From an uncultured bacterium (lineage in GTDB: Bacteria > Patescibacteriota > Minisyncoccia > Phycocordibacterales > CAIRYW01), in assembly GCA_963766885.1 (NCBI GenBank), contig CAVYBO010000002.1, positions 365,521 through 429,520 of the forward strand: a DNA stretch of 64,000 nt, given 5' to 3'. The position numbers and the translations under genes are program-made. Under the pieces are notes generated by a model. That model did not search any database, was not told the DNA's origin, and saw only the letters and a list, made by a program, of their open reading frames with translations. Below are positions 52,044-61,563 of the stretch, piece by piece. Positions within the stretch are counted from its first letter, which is position 1, and the number at the start of each line of letters is the position of its first letter.

Positions 52044-52889
52044 ATGAAAATATTAAGAAAAATATTTAAAATTTTAGTCTATATATTCGCCGCTTTGGGC
52101 TTTATTTTTGTGGCTGTTTATTTTGCAGTTAAGTTTCATCTCACAGACACCTCTGGAATTATAGACAATCAATTTATTCAAGGAGTTGGTTACGTGCTTC
52201 CTGGAAATACCGAAGCAAATTATTCTACAACCACTCCGCCTTGGGTAAATGATCCTGAATATCAAGCGCTCAAAGTTTCCATCTCCAAAGATGCAAATAT
52301 TATAACTGGCGTATCGGCAATCACTGGCGTGCCAGCGCGCCTTATTGTTATGCCACTTTTTGTAGAGCAAATGAGGCTTTATTATTCCGAACGCGAAACG
52401 TTCAAACAATTTTTCCAACCTTTGAACATTCTTGGCGCCCAATCTCAATTTTCTTGGGGAATTATGGGTTTCAAAGAAATGACAGCGGAAGAAATAGAAA
52501 ACGATCTCAAAAATCCTACTTCTCCAGACTATCTTGGTGTTCAATATGCGCATCTGCTTGATTTTGATTCTACAGATCCAATTAACATTAGTATTGACCG
52601 CTTCCAGCGTCTAACCAGCAGCACCGATCATTATTACAGCTATCTTTATGCTGCTTTGTATATAAAAGAAATAGAAACCCAGTGGAAAGCTGCTGGATTT
52701 GATATTTCAAAGAGACCAGAAATTATAGCAACGCTCTACAACATCGGCTTTGATCATTCCAAACCAAACGCCAATCCGCAAGTCGGCGGCGCAGAAATTG
52801 ATATTGATGCATTCAAATACAGCTTCGGCGGCCTCGGCGGCCAATTCTACTATTCAAACGAGCTTACGAATCTGTTTCCGAAAACTTAA
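52044..52889 (+). CDS. membrane-anchored hypothetical protein
   Basis: It is 281 aa with an N-terminal transmembrane helix. Confidence 0.45.
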   Translation: MKILRKIFKILVYIFAALGFIFVAVYFAVKFHLTDTSGIIDNQFIQGVGYVLPGNTEANYSTTTPPWVNDPEYQALKVSISKDANIITGVSAITGVPARLIVMPLFVEQMRLYYSERETFKQFFQPLNILGAQSQFSWGIMGFKEMTAEEIENDLKNPTSPDYLGVQYAHLLDFDSTDPINISIDRFQRLTSSTDHYYSYLYAALYIKEIETQWKAAGFDISKRPEIIATLYNIGFDHSKPNANPQVGGAEIDIDAFKYSFGGLGGQFYYSNELTNLFPKT

Positions 52890-52926
52890 ACCAGAATAGC
52901 CTTATAAAATAAGCTCTTTTTCATAT

Positions 52927-52954
52927 TTGACATTTCCCCTAAAAGTGATATAAT
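52927..52954 (+). promoter_or_regulatory. near-consensus sigma70 promoter
   Basis: TTGACA, a 16-nt spacer, then TATAAT, followed by a GAGGA Shine-Dalgarno ahead of ATG 53017. Confidence 0.6.
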
Positions 52955-53016
52955 ATTACTCGAACGGTGGGGAATGACTCTTCACCAAAAAACCAAGATC
53001 TTTGAGGAACAAACCT

Positions 53017-53382
53017 ATGAATGAAAACCTGTACGCCATTGTCGCCCTGCTCATTCTGAGCCTGGTGATCACCCTGATCCGTTTGCCGTTTAGCGAAGAA
53101 AAGCGCGGGCGGCTGAAATGCTATGGCATCGGGGTACTGCTCGTATCCCTGGTCATAGGCATGTACTACTTCGCTGGATGGTTCACCCATCTGTCGTGGG
53201 TAGAACATTTCATGCCCGACCATATCGCAAGCATCATCGACGGCATCTGCGCGATTGTTGGCATATTTGCGGCGCTTCTGTACTTCGTCTGTATGTTCGG
53301 ATGGATCATCGGCGCCGGAATGTGCATCTTCTTCGCGCCGCTGGCTGACGACTTCAGCATCTGGAGTGAATTCAGCAGGTAG
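53017..53382 (+). CDS. small 4-transmembrane protein encoded in GC-rich, enterobacterial-style codons (foreign cassette)
   Basis: It has CTG-rich codon usage and GC around 52% against a background near 33%. It has a GAGGA Shine-Dalgarno and an intrinsic terminator. Confidence 0.55.
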   Translation: MNENLYAIVALLILSLVITLIRLPFSEEKRGRLKCYGIGVLLVSLVIGMYYFAGWFTHLSWVEHFMPDHIASIIDGICAIVGIFAALLYFVCMFGWIIGAGMCIFFAPLADDFSIWSEFSR

Positions 53383-53419
53383 CTGACCGAACCGTTTGAA
53401 GGAGTTCCTAAACCTTCTT

Positions 53420-53456
53420 CCCCGTTTTGCATTACGCAAGCGGGGTGTTTTTTATT
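53420..53456 (+). terminator. intrinsic terminator
   Basis: ccccgttttgcattacgcaagcgggg followed by a T-run. Confidence 0.8.
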
Positions 53457-53476
53457 TTCAAATTATAAAACCCAAG

Positions 53477-53497
53477 CTATGCGTGTGGAGGGGCTCG
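53477..53497. repeat. 20-nt duplicate of the tRNA-Ile 3' end (att-like)
   Basis: tatgcgtgtggaggggctcg is identical to 53618-53638. Confidence 0.8.
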
Positions 53498-53619
53498 GTC
53501 ACAGATAAATTTCTGCTGAAATTTTCTTCGACCCCACCTCGCGCCGTCGCGCTCCGGCTTTCGAGCCGACTAACGCTTTGCTTCGCAAAGCTAGTCAGCG
53601 CATACTCGCTTCGCTCGTA

Positions 53620-53692
53620 TGCGTGTGGAGGGGCTCGAACCCCCGACCGGACGAGTATAAGTCGTCTGCTCTACCAACTGAGCTACACACGC
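53620..53692 (-). tRNA. tRNA-Ile (TAT)
   Basis: It has a perfect acceptor GCGTGTG/CACACGC, anticodon loop CTTATAC and T-loop TTCGAGC. Confidence 0.8.
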
Positions 53693-53737
53693 GCAAAAAG
53701 AATATTATAGCAAAATAGCTCTTTTATCAATTTAATA

Positions 53738-55669
53738 TTACGCCACAATGTCCGCAGCTGCTGGATCAATCACCTTTTTCTTTTTGAGAGTTATTCCAAA
53801 AGGCACGATTATTTTTTCGTACTCTTCCATTTCGATCACTTCAACTTCAACAAGCTTTTTGGCAAGGACATCCAAGAGAGTTTTGTATTGATTCAAAATG
53901 TCTTGTGCTTGTTGCATAGCATTGTGCATTATTGCAGAAACTTCAGTGTCAATTTCATCGCCAACTTTTTCAGAATATTCTTTGTCGCTCACTCCCTGGC
54001 CAAAAAGCACTTTGCCTCCAGAGCCTTCAAGCGCCACAGGGCCAAGTTTGTCGCTCATTCCGTATTTGGTAACCATATCGCGAGCCAAAGCTGTAGATAC
54101 CTGCAAATCATTTGATGGGCCGGTTGTGATGTCTCCAAAAATCATTTTCTCTGCAACATATCCGCCCAAAGAAACCGCGATGTCATCAAGGAATTCTTTT
54201 TTGGATTGCATTCTTTTGTCTTCAATTGGAAGTTTGAGCATGTATCCTGCAGCGCGGCCTCGGGAAATAATTGAGATTTTGTGCACAGGATCAGAATATG
54301 GCAAGACACTGGCCAAGATTGCATGGCCTGCTTCGTGGTAGGCGGTGATTTCTTTTTCTTTCATTGAAAGAATATGACTTCGGCGTTCTGGACCAAGCAT
54401 TACCTTTTCAATTGATCTAATCAGATCAAACTGGGCAACCTTTTTGCGATTTTCACGCGCTGCCAGAATCGCCCCTTCGTTCATCAAAGAATACAAATCC
54501 GCTCCTGAAAATCCCGGCGTTCTCTCGGCAATCAATCCCAAATTTATATCTTCGCCAAAAGGCTTGCCTCTGGAATGAATCTTCAAAATATCTTCTCTGT
54601 CTTTTCTGTCTGGCAAATCAATCACCACTCTTCTATCAAATCTTCCTGGACGCAAAAGTGCAGGATCCAAAACATCAGGCCTGTTGGTGGCTGCCATGAT
54701 AATTACTTTTTCGTTTGGCTCAAAACCGTCCATCTCCACAAGAATTTGGTTTAGAGTCTGTTCTCTTTCATCGTTTCCTCCGCCAACTCCCGTGCCTCGC
54801 ACTCTTCCAACAGCGTCAATTTCATCAATAAATATAATTGCCGGGGCTGCAGTCTTGGCAAGTTTGAATAAATCTCGCACACGCGACGCGCCAACTCCCA
54901 CAAACATTTCCACAAATTCTGAACCGGAAATCGAGAAGAAAGAAACATTGGCTTCTCCGGCAACGGCTCGGGCAAGCAAAGTTTTGCCAGTTCCAGGCGC
55001 GCCCATCAAAAGAATTCCTTTGGGAATGCGCGCGCCGATTTCAATAAATTTTTTCGGATTTTTGAGAAAGTCTACAATTTCAAGCAGTTCTTCTTTGGCT
55101 TCCTTTGCTCCAGCAACATCGTTAAATGTTACGCGTTGTTTTTTGTCATCTGGATCAGTGATTCTGGCACGCGATTGTCCAAAAGAAAACGCCTGCATGC
55201 CGGCACCTTTGACTTGGCGAGAAAGATACCAGATTAAAAGCAGTGTAAAGACTAGCGGCAAAAGAATTGGCCCGATAATCGTTTCAAACCAATATGCAAA
55301 TCCGGAACCTGTGGTCACACTGATTGCCACTTTGGACATTTGATCTGCGGTAACACCAAACTTTGAAAGCGAATCCGTCAAAGAACTTTCGTCTTCTTTT
55401 TGGGAAGTTTTCTCAGTGCCATCTCTGTATGTCAAAATCAAGCCGCTGTCTGAAACGTCAACGCTTTTGATTTTTCCGCTTTCTATGTCAGTTGCCACTT
55501 GTGTCAGACTGATTTCGGTTTTTGGAGAATAATAGTCTGAGATATAAGAGTATGAAGCCACCAAAATGCCCAAAAAAAGGATTACAATTATAATATTGCG
55601 AAAAAACTCCCCTTTTACAGGCGGTAGATTCTTCTTTTTGTTATTTTTTGGACTTTTCTGATTATCCAT
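53738..55669 (-). CDS. ftsH: ATP-dependent zinc metalloprotease FtsH
   Basis: It has an N-terminal transmembrane region, an AAA module (GAPGTGKT) and the HEAGHA zinc motif. Confidence 0.9.
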   Translation of the reverse strand: MDNQKSPKNNKKKNLPPVKGEFFRNIIIVILFLGILVASYSYISDYYSPKTEISLTQVATDIESGKIKSVDVSDSGLILTYRDGTEKTSQKEDESSLTDSLSKFGVTADQMSKVAISVTTGSGFAYWFETIIGPILLPLVFTLLLIWYLSRQVKGAGMQAFSFGQSRARITDPDDKKQRVTFNDVAGAKEAKEELLEIVDFLKNPKKFIEIGARIPKGILLMGAPGTGKTLLARAVAGEANVSFFSISGSEFVEMFVGVGASRVRDLFKLAKTAAPAIIFIDEIDAVGRVRGTGVGGGNDEREQTLNQILVEMDGFEPNEKVIIMAATNRPDVLDPALLRPGRFDRRVVIDLPDRKDREDILKIHSRGKPFGEDINLGLIAERTPGFSGADLYSLMNEGAILAARENRKKVAQFDLIRSIEKVMLGPERRSHILSMKEKEITAYHEAGHAILASVLPYSDPVHKISIISRGRAAGYMLKLPIEDKRMQSKKEFLDDIAVSLGGYVAEKMIFGDITTGPSNDLQVSTALARDMVTKYGMSDKLGPVALEGSGGKVLFGQGVSDKEYSEKVGDEIDTEVSAIMHNAMQQAQDILNQYKTLLDVLAKKLVEVEVIEMEEYEKIIVPFGITLKKKKVIDPAAADIVA

Positions 55670-55741
55670 TTATTACGCTCATTATATACATACTAGACGT
55701 TTAGTAAAGATTAATCTCTCAGAAATGCTAAAATAATATTT

Positions 55742-56185
55742 ATGGATTTGGTCAAAAACAAAAAAGCCTTTTTCAACTATGAAATTCTCCAGGAATTTGA
55801 AGCTGGAGTGGAACTTTTGGGCTTGGAAGCCAAATCCATCCGAGCCGGTCAAGGCAATCTTGAAGGAGCGTTTGTGACAGTGCGCGGAAGTGAGGTTTTT
55901 TTGATTGGCTCAGATATTCCCGCCTTTCAACCCAAGAACGCGCCTCCATCGTATGAAAGGACACGGAATCGCAAGCTTCTTTTGACAAAACAGGAGATCC
56001 AAAAGCTGTCTGTAGAATCAGAAAACAAAGGGTTGACAATAGTGCCTATTTCGTTTTATAATAAAGGACACAAATTGAAGCTTCGCTTGGCAATAGCCAA
56101 AGGAAAGAAAAAGTTTGATAAAAGACAGTCAATCAAAAAGCGAGATACTGACAAAGAAATTAGAAGAACTTTGAAAAATCAATAG
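55742..56185 (+). CDS. smpB: SsrA-binding protein
   Basis: FNYEILQEFEAGVELLGLEAKSIRAG is the canonical SmpB N-terminus. Confidence 0.85.
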   Translation: MDLVKNKKAFFNYEILQEFEAGVELLGLEAKSIRAGQGNLEGAFVTVRGSEVFLIGSDIPAFQPKNAPPSYERTRNRKLLLTKQEIQKLSVESENKGLTIVPISFYNKGHKLKLRLAIAKGKKKFDKRQSIKKRDTDKEIRRTLKNQ

Positions 56186-56207
56186 CATCCAAAGAAACAA
56201 ATGTTGT

Positions 56208-56245
56208 CCCCCGAAAATTTTGAAAGCTTTCAAAATTTTCGGGGG
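56208..56245 (+). terminator. perfect 19-bp-arm palindrome between smpB and ssrA
   Basis: cccccgaaaattttgaaagctttcaaaattttcggggg. Its 3' arm overlaps the tmRNA 5' end. Confidence 0.6.
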
Positions 56246-56636
56246 ATGCTTGGCATAGACATTTGAAATTTCTTTGCTGTGCGCAATAGAGAATTCTCGA
56301 AATCTCTTAAACTCTCGAGAAAACTCAAGTGCTAAAGCACAGAAAGTCGCTTCTCCATATTTTGGAGCAAACGATTTCGCATTCGCTTTTGCTAGAGCGT
56401 AAGCTCGCAAACCGGATGCCATCCTTCCAGTTCCCTTCTCTCGAATTGGACAGGGTGTTATAAGATGAGAATAAGCTTGCGGATTTCTTCGCCCGCAAGA
56501 CAAAAATCTTAGAAGATCGAAAATAATGCGTTTCGTTTTGCTTTGAGCATTATTTTTTAAATTTCAAGCAAAAACACATTGCGTAGAGTCATCAAAGAAA
56601 CTCATTTGCACGCGGGTTCGATTCCCGCCATCTCCA
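56242..56636 (+). ncRNA. ssrA: tmRNA (ssrA)
   Basis: The 5' GGGGATG pairs with the 3' CATCTCC. The 3' end is tRNA-like (T-arm GCGGGTTCGATTCCCGC). A candidate tag ORF reads GCA AAC GAT TTC GCA TTC GCT TTT GCT AGA GCG TAA (ANDFAFAFARA*). It lies directly downstream of smpB. Confidence 0.7.
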
Positions 56637-57334
56637 CACTACAGGAATATTTCTCCTCAAATTTAGTTTATACATTGGTAACAAATAGTTTCGAGAGGTT
56701 CTAACCGTCACTTTTAAGCCATAATCGAAAACTATACAGTTTATAGACCAATTCTAATTGGAGCTTATTCTGTCTGCTTTAAAGAGGTTCTAACCAAAAC
56801 AAAGTCATAATCAAATATATTGTGTATAACGGCACTTGACTAACTTATACAAAAAGTATAAGCTTAGTAGGTACTTTGAAAAATCAAGGCAACTGGATAG
56901 TCATTAAAGACGGTTATTTCAGGCAGAATAAAAACTGCCTCAACTTTCCTCTATAGGTACTAGTAGGAAAAGAAAATTCACCGGCACATCTGTGCATTAA
57001 TGTCTCTATTTACAAGGCTCATATATTTTTGGTCATAAGCTCAATTGATTCATGGCGTGTCAATGTCGTGTCATCTTTGCGAGTCAGGAATTTTTTTTGG
57101 TCAGAATTGGATGGGATAATTATAGAGATAGTTATATGGTAGGGGTTACTCAACGATCGAATGGTCAGTGAGTTTCACAACAAAACGCTACCACCGAAAC
57201 AAATGACCATTCAATCTGCGAGTCACCAATTAATAGAAAGAATTAATTCCCAAATAAACAAAATATGAAAAATTATTGGTATTCGTCACACAACAGTATT
57301 GCTTTGAGCGTTTTGTATGTAAGGGAGGCAAATT

Positions 57335-57412
57335 ATGGTAAGACAGCATCTAATCCGAATTCTCCAGATTTTAGTCTGGATTTTAAGGATTGTTCTGGAC
57401 ATCATAAGCTAG
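57335..57412 (+). CDS. small hydrophobic ORF (25 aa) with a strong Shine-Dalgarno; candidate leader or small peptide
   Basis: AAGGGAGG sits 6 nt before the ATG. The peptide is MVRQHLIRILQILVWILRIVLDIIS. The complement of the Shine-Dalgarno (gcctccctt) lies right at its stop. Confidence 0.3.
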   Translation: MVRQHLIRILQILVWILRIVLDIIS

Positions 57413-57437
57413 CCTCCCTTTAATCGTATTCTATATT

Positions 57438-57761
57438 ATGAACAACTTTCAAGATTTACTAAAAAAAATAAGAAATAAAGCTGACCTGACTCAAGAAGAT
57501 TTAGCAAAAGCTCTTGGAGTTTCAACTGTACTTATTTCTATGATTGAAACGGGACAAAAACAAGTTTCGAGAAATTTTATTGAAAACCTAGCTGAAAAAT
57601 TATCAGTTCATCCTAGTTCAATCACACCTTTCTCGTTTATTGAAAAAGATATGGATATCAAAAAGCTTTCAGCTCTTGAGCGAAACTTAATTAAAGCTGG
57701 AAGTAAATTCCAAGATTATTTAATTACTACGAAAGCGAAAAAACTAAGAGAGTATGTCTAA
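57438..57761 (+). CDS. XRE-family (Cro/C1-type) HTH transcriptional regulator
   Basis: It has the HTH LTQEDLAKALGVSTVLISMIETGQ. Its stop overlaps the RT start, indicating translational coupling. Confidence 0.75.
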   Translation: MNNFQDLLKKIRNKADLTQEDLAKALGVSTVLISMIETGQKQVSRNFIENLAEKLSVHPSSITPFSFIEKDMDIKKLSALERNLIKAGSKFQDYLITTKAKKLREYV

Positions 57762-58764
57762 CAACAAGCGCTACCCGAACATCTCTATACGAAGTAAAAA
57801 CGAAATTGCAAAACGTATTTCGTCATCCTCTTTTTCTAAAAATGAAGCGTTAGATTTAATTAATGATGTTATTAAAAATTTTGACAGCTATTGGTATGAC
57901 AGTAAACGTTCCGAACCTGAAAAAAATAAATATGTAAGAAGCGCTGCAAAATCTCCTAAACTTAAAAAGCTTCTTGAGCTTATAAATGCAAAAATCCTTA
58001 CTCCGTATGATTATTTAATACCAGAATTTATTTATGGAGGAATTTCAAGAAGGAATAATATTCAAGCCGCTTATCACTTACTCGGCAACCAGCGAAATCG
58101 CACATTACTTAAGTTAGACGTGCAAAGCTTTTTTGAACAGATTACAAAAGAAAGGGTTTTCCACTTCTTTAATAATAAATCTCAATGCACTGTCGAAGCA
58201 TCAAATTTACTTGCTAAGTTCTGTTGTGTACCACGTGGTCCTAAAAATTCAGGGTCAACTGATATTATTCTTGCACGTGGCTTCGCAACTTCTTCTAGAC
58301 TTGCTGTATGGTGTAATCTCGATACTTTCGAACATTTGAATTGGAAAATTAAAAAGAAACTAAAAGGACACGACGCGCAAGTAGCAATATATGTCGACGA
58401 CATAGGAATTAGTGCAAGCAAAGTAAGTATTGAACAAATGGAAACTGCAAAAGAATTGGCTATAAATATATTGGAGAAAAGTGATTATAATCAATCTTTA
58501 CCCGTACATAGAGATGCTCGGAAAAACAAGATTATTCAATTTAATAAAGGTGCTGAACACTTAGGAATAAAACTTGGTAGAACCAAGTTAACACTTGGTA
58601 ACAAATCACGATCAAAAATAGATAAAATCAAAGAAGCAATCAAAGAAGCGGAAACAGAAAATGAAAAAAATACTTTGAGAGAAAAATATAAAGCTCATCA
58701 TCGCTATAGACAACAAGTAAAGAATATCGCGGTTATTAAAGATATAAGAAAAAAATATGACTAA
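57754..58764 (+). CDS. reverse transcriptase (compact, retron/defense-RT-like)
   Basis: It has RT motifs: YGGISRRNNIQAAYHL (motif 2, NAxxH-like), LLKLDVQSFFEQI (motif A), VPRGPKNSGS (motif B region), IYVDDIGIS (motif C, YxDD) and HLGIKLG (motif 7). Confidence 0.75.
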   Translation: MSNNKRYPNISIRSKNEIAKRISSSSFSKNEALDLINDVIKNFDSYWYDSKRSEPEKNKYVRSAAKSPKLKKLLELINAKILTPYDYLIPEFIYGGISRRNNIQAAYHLLGNQRNRTLLKLDVQSFFEQITKERVFHFFNNKSQCTVEASNLLAKFCCVPRGPKNSGSTDIILARGFATSSRLAVWCNLDTFEHLNWKIKKKLKGHDAQVAIYVDDIGISASKVSIEQMETAKELAINILEKSDYNQSLPVHRDARKNKIIQFNKGAEHLGIKLGRTKLTLGNKSRSKIDKIKEAIKEAETENEKNTLREKYKAHHRYRQQVKNIAVIKDIRKKYD

Positions 58765-58822
58765 AAATATTATAAAAATACTTAGTGCGCTAGCATTGAT
58801 TAGTCTCATCTTTTTGTACACT

Positions 58823-59947
58823 GTACTTCCCCCATTTCATCAGACACTAACCTTGTTAGCTGAATTGTATTCTCGAGCCGACGAAAGTGCAAATTGCACG
58901 GGTGACATTTTGAGGGCGGTATGAATCCTGGTGTTGTTGTAAATGTAAATTGTTTGGTAAATAGCGAACACCAGCTCTCCCAATGTTTTGAATCGGGAAG
59001 AATCCCCAAGATCAATTTTGAATTTGTCGTAGAAAGATTCCTGGTACCCATTCTCCCACGGACAACCTGGAGCAGAACGAGAAATCAATACCCCGACGGT
59101 CTGCAGCGCCTGAATGAACACCTCCGAGTTGTATTCACTGCCGTTGTCAGAGTGGAAAATTTTTGGTCTGGGATTATTTTGAAGAGCCGACATGAATGAT
59201 GCTAAAACCAATTGAACAGCATGGGTGGTGTATACTGACAACCCAACAATTTTTCTGGTGAACAAATCTTCGACTGTAGCCACATAGATGGTTTTGTTTT
59301 CAAAGGGTATGCGGGTGAAGTCTGTCACCCAGATATGATTTTCATATTGGGTAAATAACTTTGATATTCTTCGATTTTTTCCATCTTCTACCACGTCTGC
59401 GATATGCCTTGATACCGAAAAGTTTCATCACTCGTTCAATCGGTTTGTGGTTTCTTTTGAGGGCAAGGGCGATGCGTGGAGAACCATATGAAGGATGCTC
59501 TCTGAGAACTTCTTCAATCTGACATTTTAGTTCCCAATCTTTGTCAGGTTTCTTTGGTTTGTAGTAGAGAGTGCTGCGGGAGATCCCAAGCTCTCTGGCC
59601 CGAAGAGTTTTGGGAGTCTCACTATTTTCTTTCAATTCTTTTTTTGGGTTTCTGAGAGCTTTAGAGTAATTTCTCCAACTAACTGAAGCAGTTGAGCATT
59701 TTCTCGCTTGAGTTTAATTACCTCTGAAAGAGTTGGCTGACCTTTGGTTTTCTTGGCTATCCACCCATATATGGTGACATCGCTGATGCCATGCTCTTTG
59801 GCTGCTTGGACTACACTGATACCATCATTCTTGATTCTGTTAATAATCTGCTCCTTTATTTCAGGGGCTATTTTTTGTCTTTTCATATGCTTGTATATTA
59901 GCTTCTAATTATACAAGGTTGGTGTATGAAATTTGGGGGGAGGGCCA
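58823..59947 (-). mobile_element. IS3-family insertion sequence with a degenerate orfB
   Basis: Its imperfect terminal inverted repeats are tgtacttcccccatttcat...ccttgt and acaagg...atgaaatttggggggagggcca. orfA (59632-59886) is an HTH transposase. orfB is split (59342-59635 and 58840-59394) and carries the DDE motifs HSDNGSEY and PWENG. Confidence 0.75.
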
Positions 59948-59972
59948 TTGCTTGATGATGGGTACATATTAC

Positions 59973-60428
59973 TTAGAAAGATTCAGTAAAGTCAGCAGGG
60001 TTAAAAATATCAGCAAAATCTTTTGTTTGTCCGCAGAGTTCTGTATTTTTTAGTTGTTCTTTTGAGAAAAACTCTAGCTTCTCACATTCTTCTGACGGAG
60101 TAAAATCAAGATTTTCTAATTCTATTCGGTAAGCCACCACAAAGGAATAATACCAACCTAATTTGCGCGCATTGTTCTCAAATCTGTGTGGCCACACGTA
60201 CACTGGGGAGTCTGATATTTTTGTAACTTTTAATCCCATCTCTTCTTTTATTTCTCTTTTGAAACCAGATTTTATGTCTTCACCAAAATCTAGACCTCCG
60301 CCCGGTAATTCCCATTTTCCGCCCAATTCTTTTGATTCAAGGGCTAAAAGAACCTTACCATCTCTAACGCAGAGACCTTTGATCGTAACTCTATAGAAAT
60401 TGTCTGGGAATCTTTCCGAGTGTTCCAT
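59973..60428 (-). CDS. NUDIX hydrolase
   Basis: It has a Nudix box: GGGLDFGEDIKSGFKREIKEEMGL. Confidence 0.7.
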   Translation of the reverse strand: MEHSERFPDNFYRVTIKGLCVRDGKVLLALESKELGGKWELPGGGLDFGEDIKSGFKREIKEEMGLKVTKISDSPVYVWPHRFENNARKLGWYYSFVVAYRIELENLDFTPSEECEKLEFFSKEQLKNTELCGQTKDFADIFNPADFTESF

Positions 60429-60678
60429 GTTAGTAGGATTAGTATACCAAAACCAATATTGTTTTATAGCTTTGCTCCTTTGTTTTTAGCGTATATACTT
60501 ATTTCACAACCAAATATTCCGAAGACCTAACCCTTGAAAACCTCAAGGCACGGTCACAAATCGACGTGAATAAAAAACCTATCATTAGGGCGTTCACGTC
60601 GTTATACAGGGAAACTTGTATAGGAGCTTCGGCTCCCCTAGTGGTAGGCTTTTTGTTTCTCCACTAGGACACACGATT

Positions 60679-61290
60679 ATGTATAACGATGTCTTAGAAC
60701 AAATAACTGAAGACTATTTCAAATCAAAGGGATATTTTACTTTGCATAATGTTCCGTATTCTCTTTCAAAACAAACTGCTTCAGATATTGATGTCATTGG
60801 CATTCACCCTACAAAGAAAGATATCTCAAAAGTCATTGTCGTCAGTTGCAAGTCTTGGGATTCAGGAGTCGATCTCAAAGCATTGTTAAATTTGATAAAG
60901 GCAGCGCCAGACAAAAAGATAAAAACAGGAGTGATGCGATTGGAGAGATTCAAAGAAGTGATAAACAAAGAGTGGATCACTGCTCTCAAAGCTAAAGTGT
61001 TTGAACTCACAGGACAGAAGAAATTTAAACTATATTTTTCTGCAACTAAATATAAAAATCTTGATTTAAAAAATCAGTTTATTGAATATTGCAAATCCAC
61101 ACTTACTGACTGCCCTGTCGAACTCATTTCTCTTGAAGAAATGTTGTTGGATATGCAAAAACAAATCAAAGACAATAAATCTAAAAGTCCTCTAAAGTCT
61201 TACTCTGCTCGTATTATTCAACTTATCAACCAGAGCGGAGGTGAAATTTTGTATTCAGGAGAGATTTACAAATCAAAAGGTCTGAGATAA
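60679..61290 (+). CDS. hypothetical protein, possible PD-(D/E)xK nuclease fold (Hjc/Mrr-like)
   Basis: SDIDVIGIHP...KVIVVSCKSW resembles the PD...(E/S)xK core. The start was chosen at the internal ATG at 60679. Confidence 0.35.
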   Translation: MYNDVLEQITEDYFKSKGYFTLHNVPYSLSKQTASDIDVIGIHPTKKDISKVIVVSCKSWDSGVDLKALLNLIKAAPDKKIKTGVMRLERFKEVINKEWITALKAKVFELTGQKKFKLYFSATKYKNLDLKNQFIEYCKSTLTDCPVELISLEEMLLDMQKQIKDNKSKSPLKSYSARIIQLINQSGGEILYSGEIYKSKGLR

Positions 61291-61324
61291 AAGTGTGATG
61301 TTTATAAGTTAATTTAAAAATCAT

Positions 61325-61516
61325 ATGAATGAATTAGGAGGAATATTAGTAGGAGTGATATTAATAGCAATCGTTGGATCTATATATTTTACTCCTACAA
61401 TCTATGCTTATCATGCCAATCATAAAAACAAAGAAGCTATTTTTATTCTAAATCTGCTTCTCGGTTGGACAGTTTTGGGGTGGATTGGAGCTTTGATCTG
61501 GTCTGCTACAAAATAA
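61325..61516 (+). CDS. superinfection-immunity (Imm-like) small membrane protein
   Basis: IFILNLLLGWTVLGWIGALIWS matches the conserved LNLFLGWTGIGWI..LIW core of T4 Imm-type proteins. It has two transmembrane helices. Confidence 0.55.
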   Translation: MNELGGILVGVILIAIVGSIYFTPTIYAYHANHKNKEAIFILNLLLGWTVLGWIGALIWSATK

Positions 61517-61563
61517 AAAACCCACTGGAGATCGGAGCCAGTGGATCTTTGTAATTATATATC

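Noticed and set aside
52939-53439. 166-aa minus-strand ORF covering the GC-rich cassette
   Set aside because: It arises from the lack of stop codons in GC-rich DNA. It is antisense to the promoter–Shine-Dalgarno–ORF–terminator unit, which is coherent on the plus strand. The protein is low-complexity and R/D/Q-rich.
56129-56503. 124-aa minus-strand ORF
   Set aside because: It lies entirely within the predicted tmRNA and is antisense to it.
57754-58764. Diversity-generating retroelement (DGR) interpretation of the RT
   Set aside because: No template/variable repeat pair or Avd-like gene was detected nearby by eye. The RT is preceded by HTH and ncRNA-like sequence rather than a target gene with a C-terminal variable region. 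It is not excluded without a repeat search.
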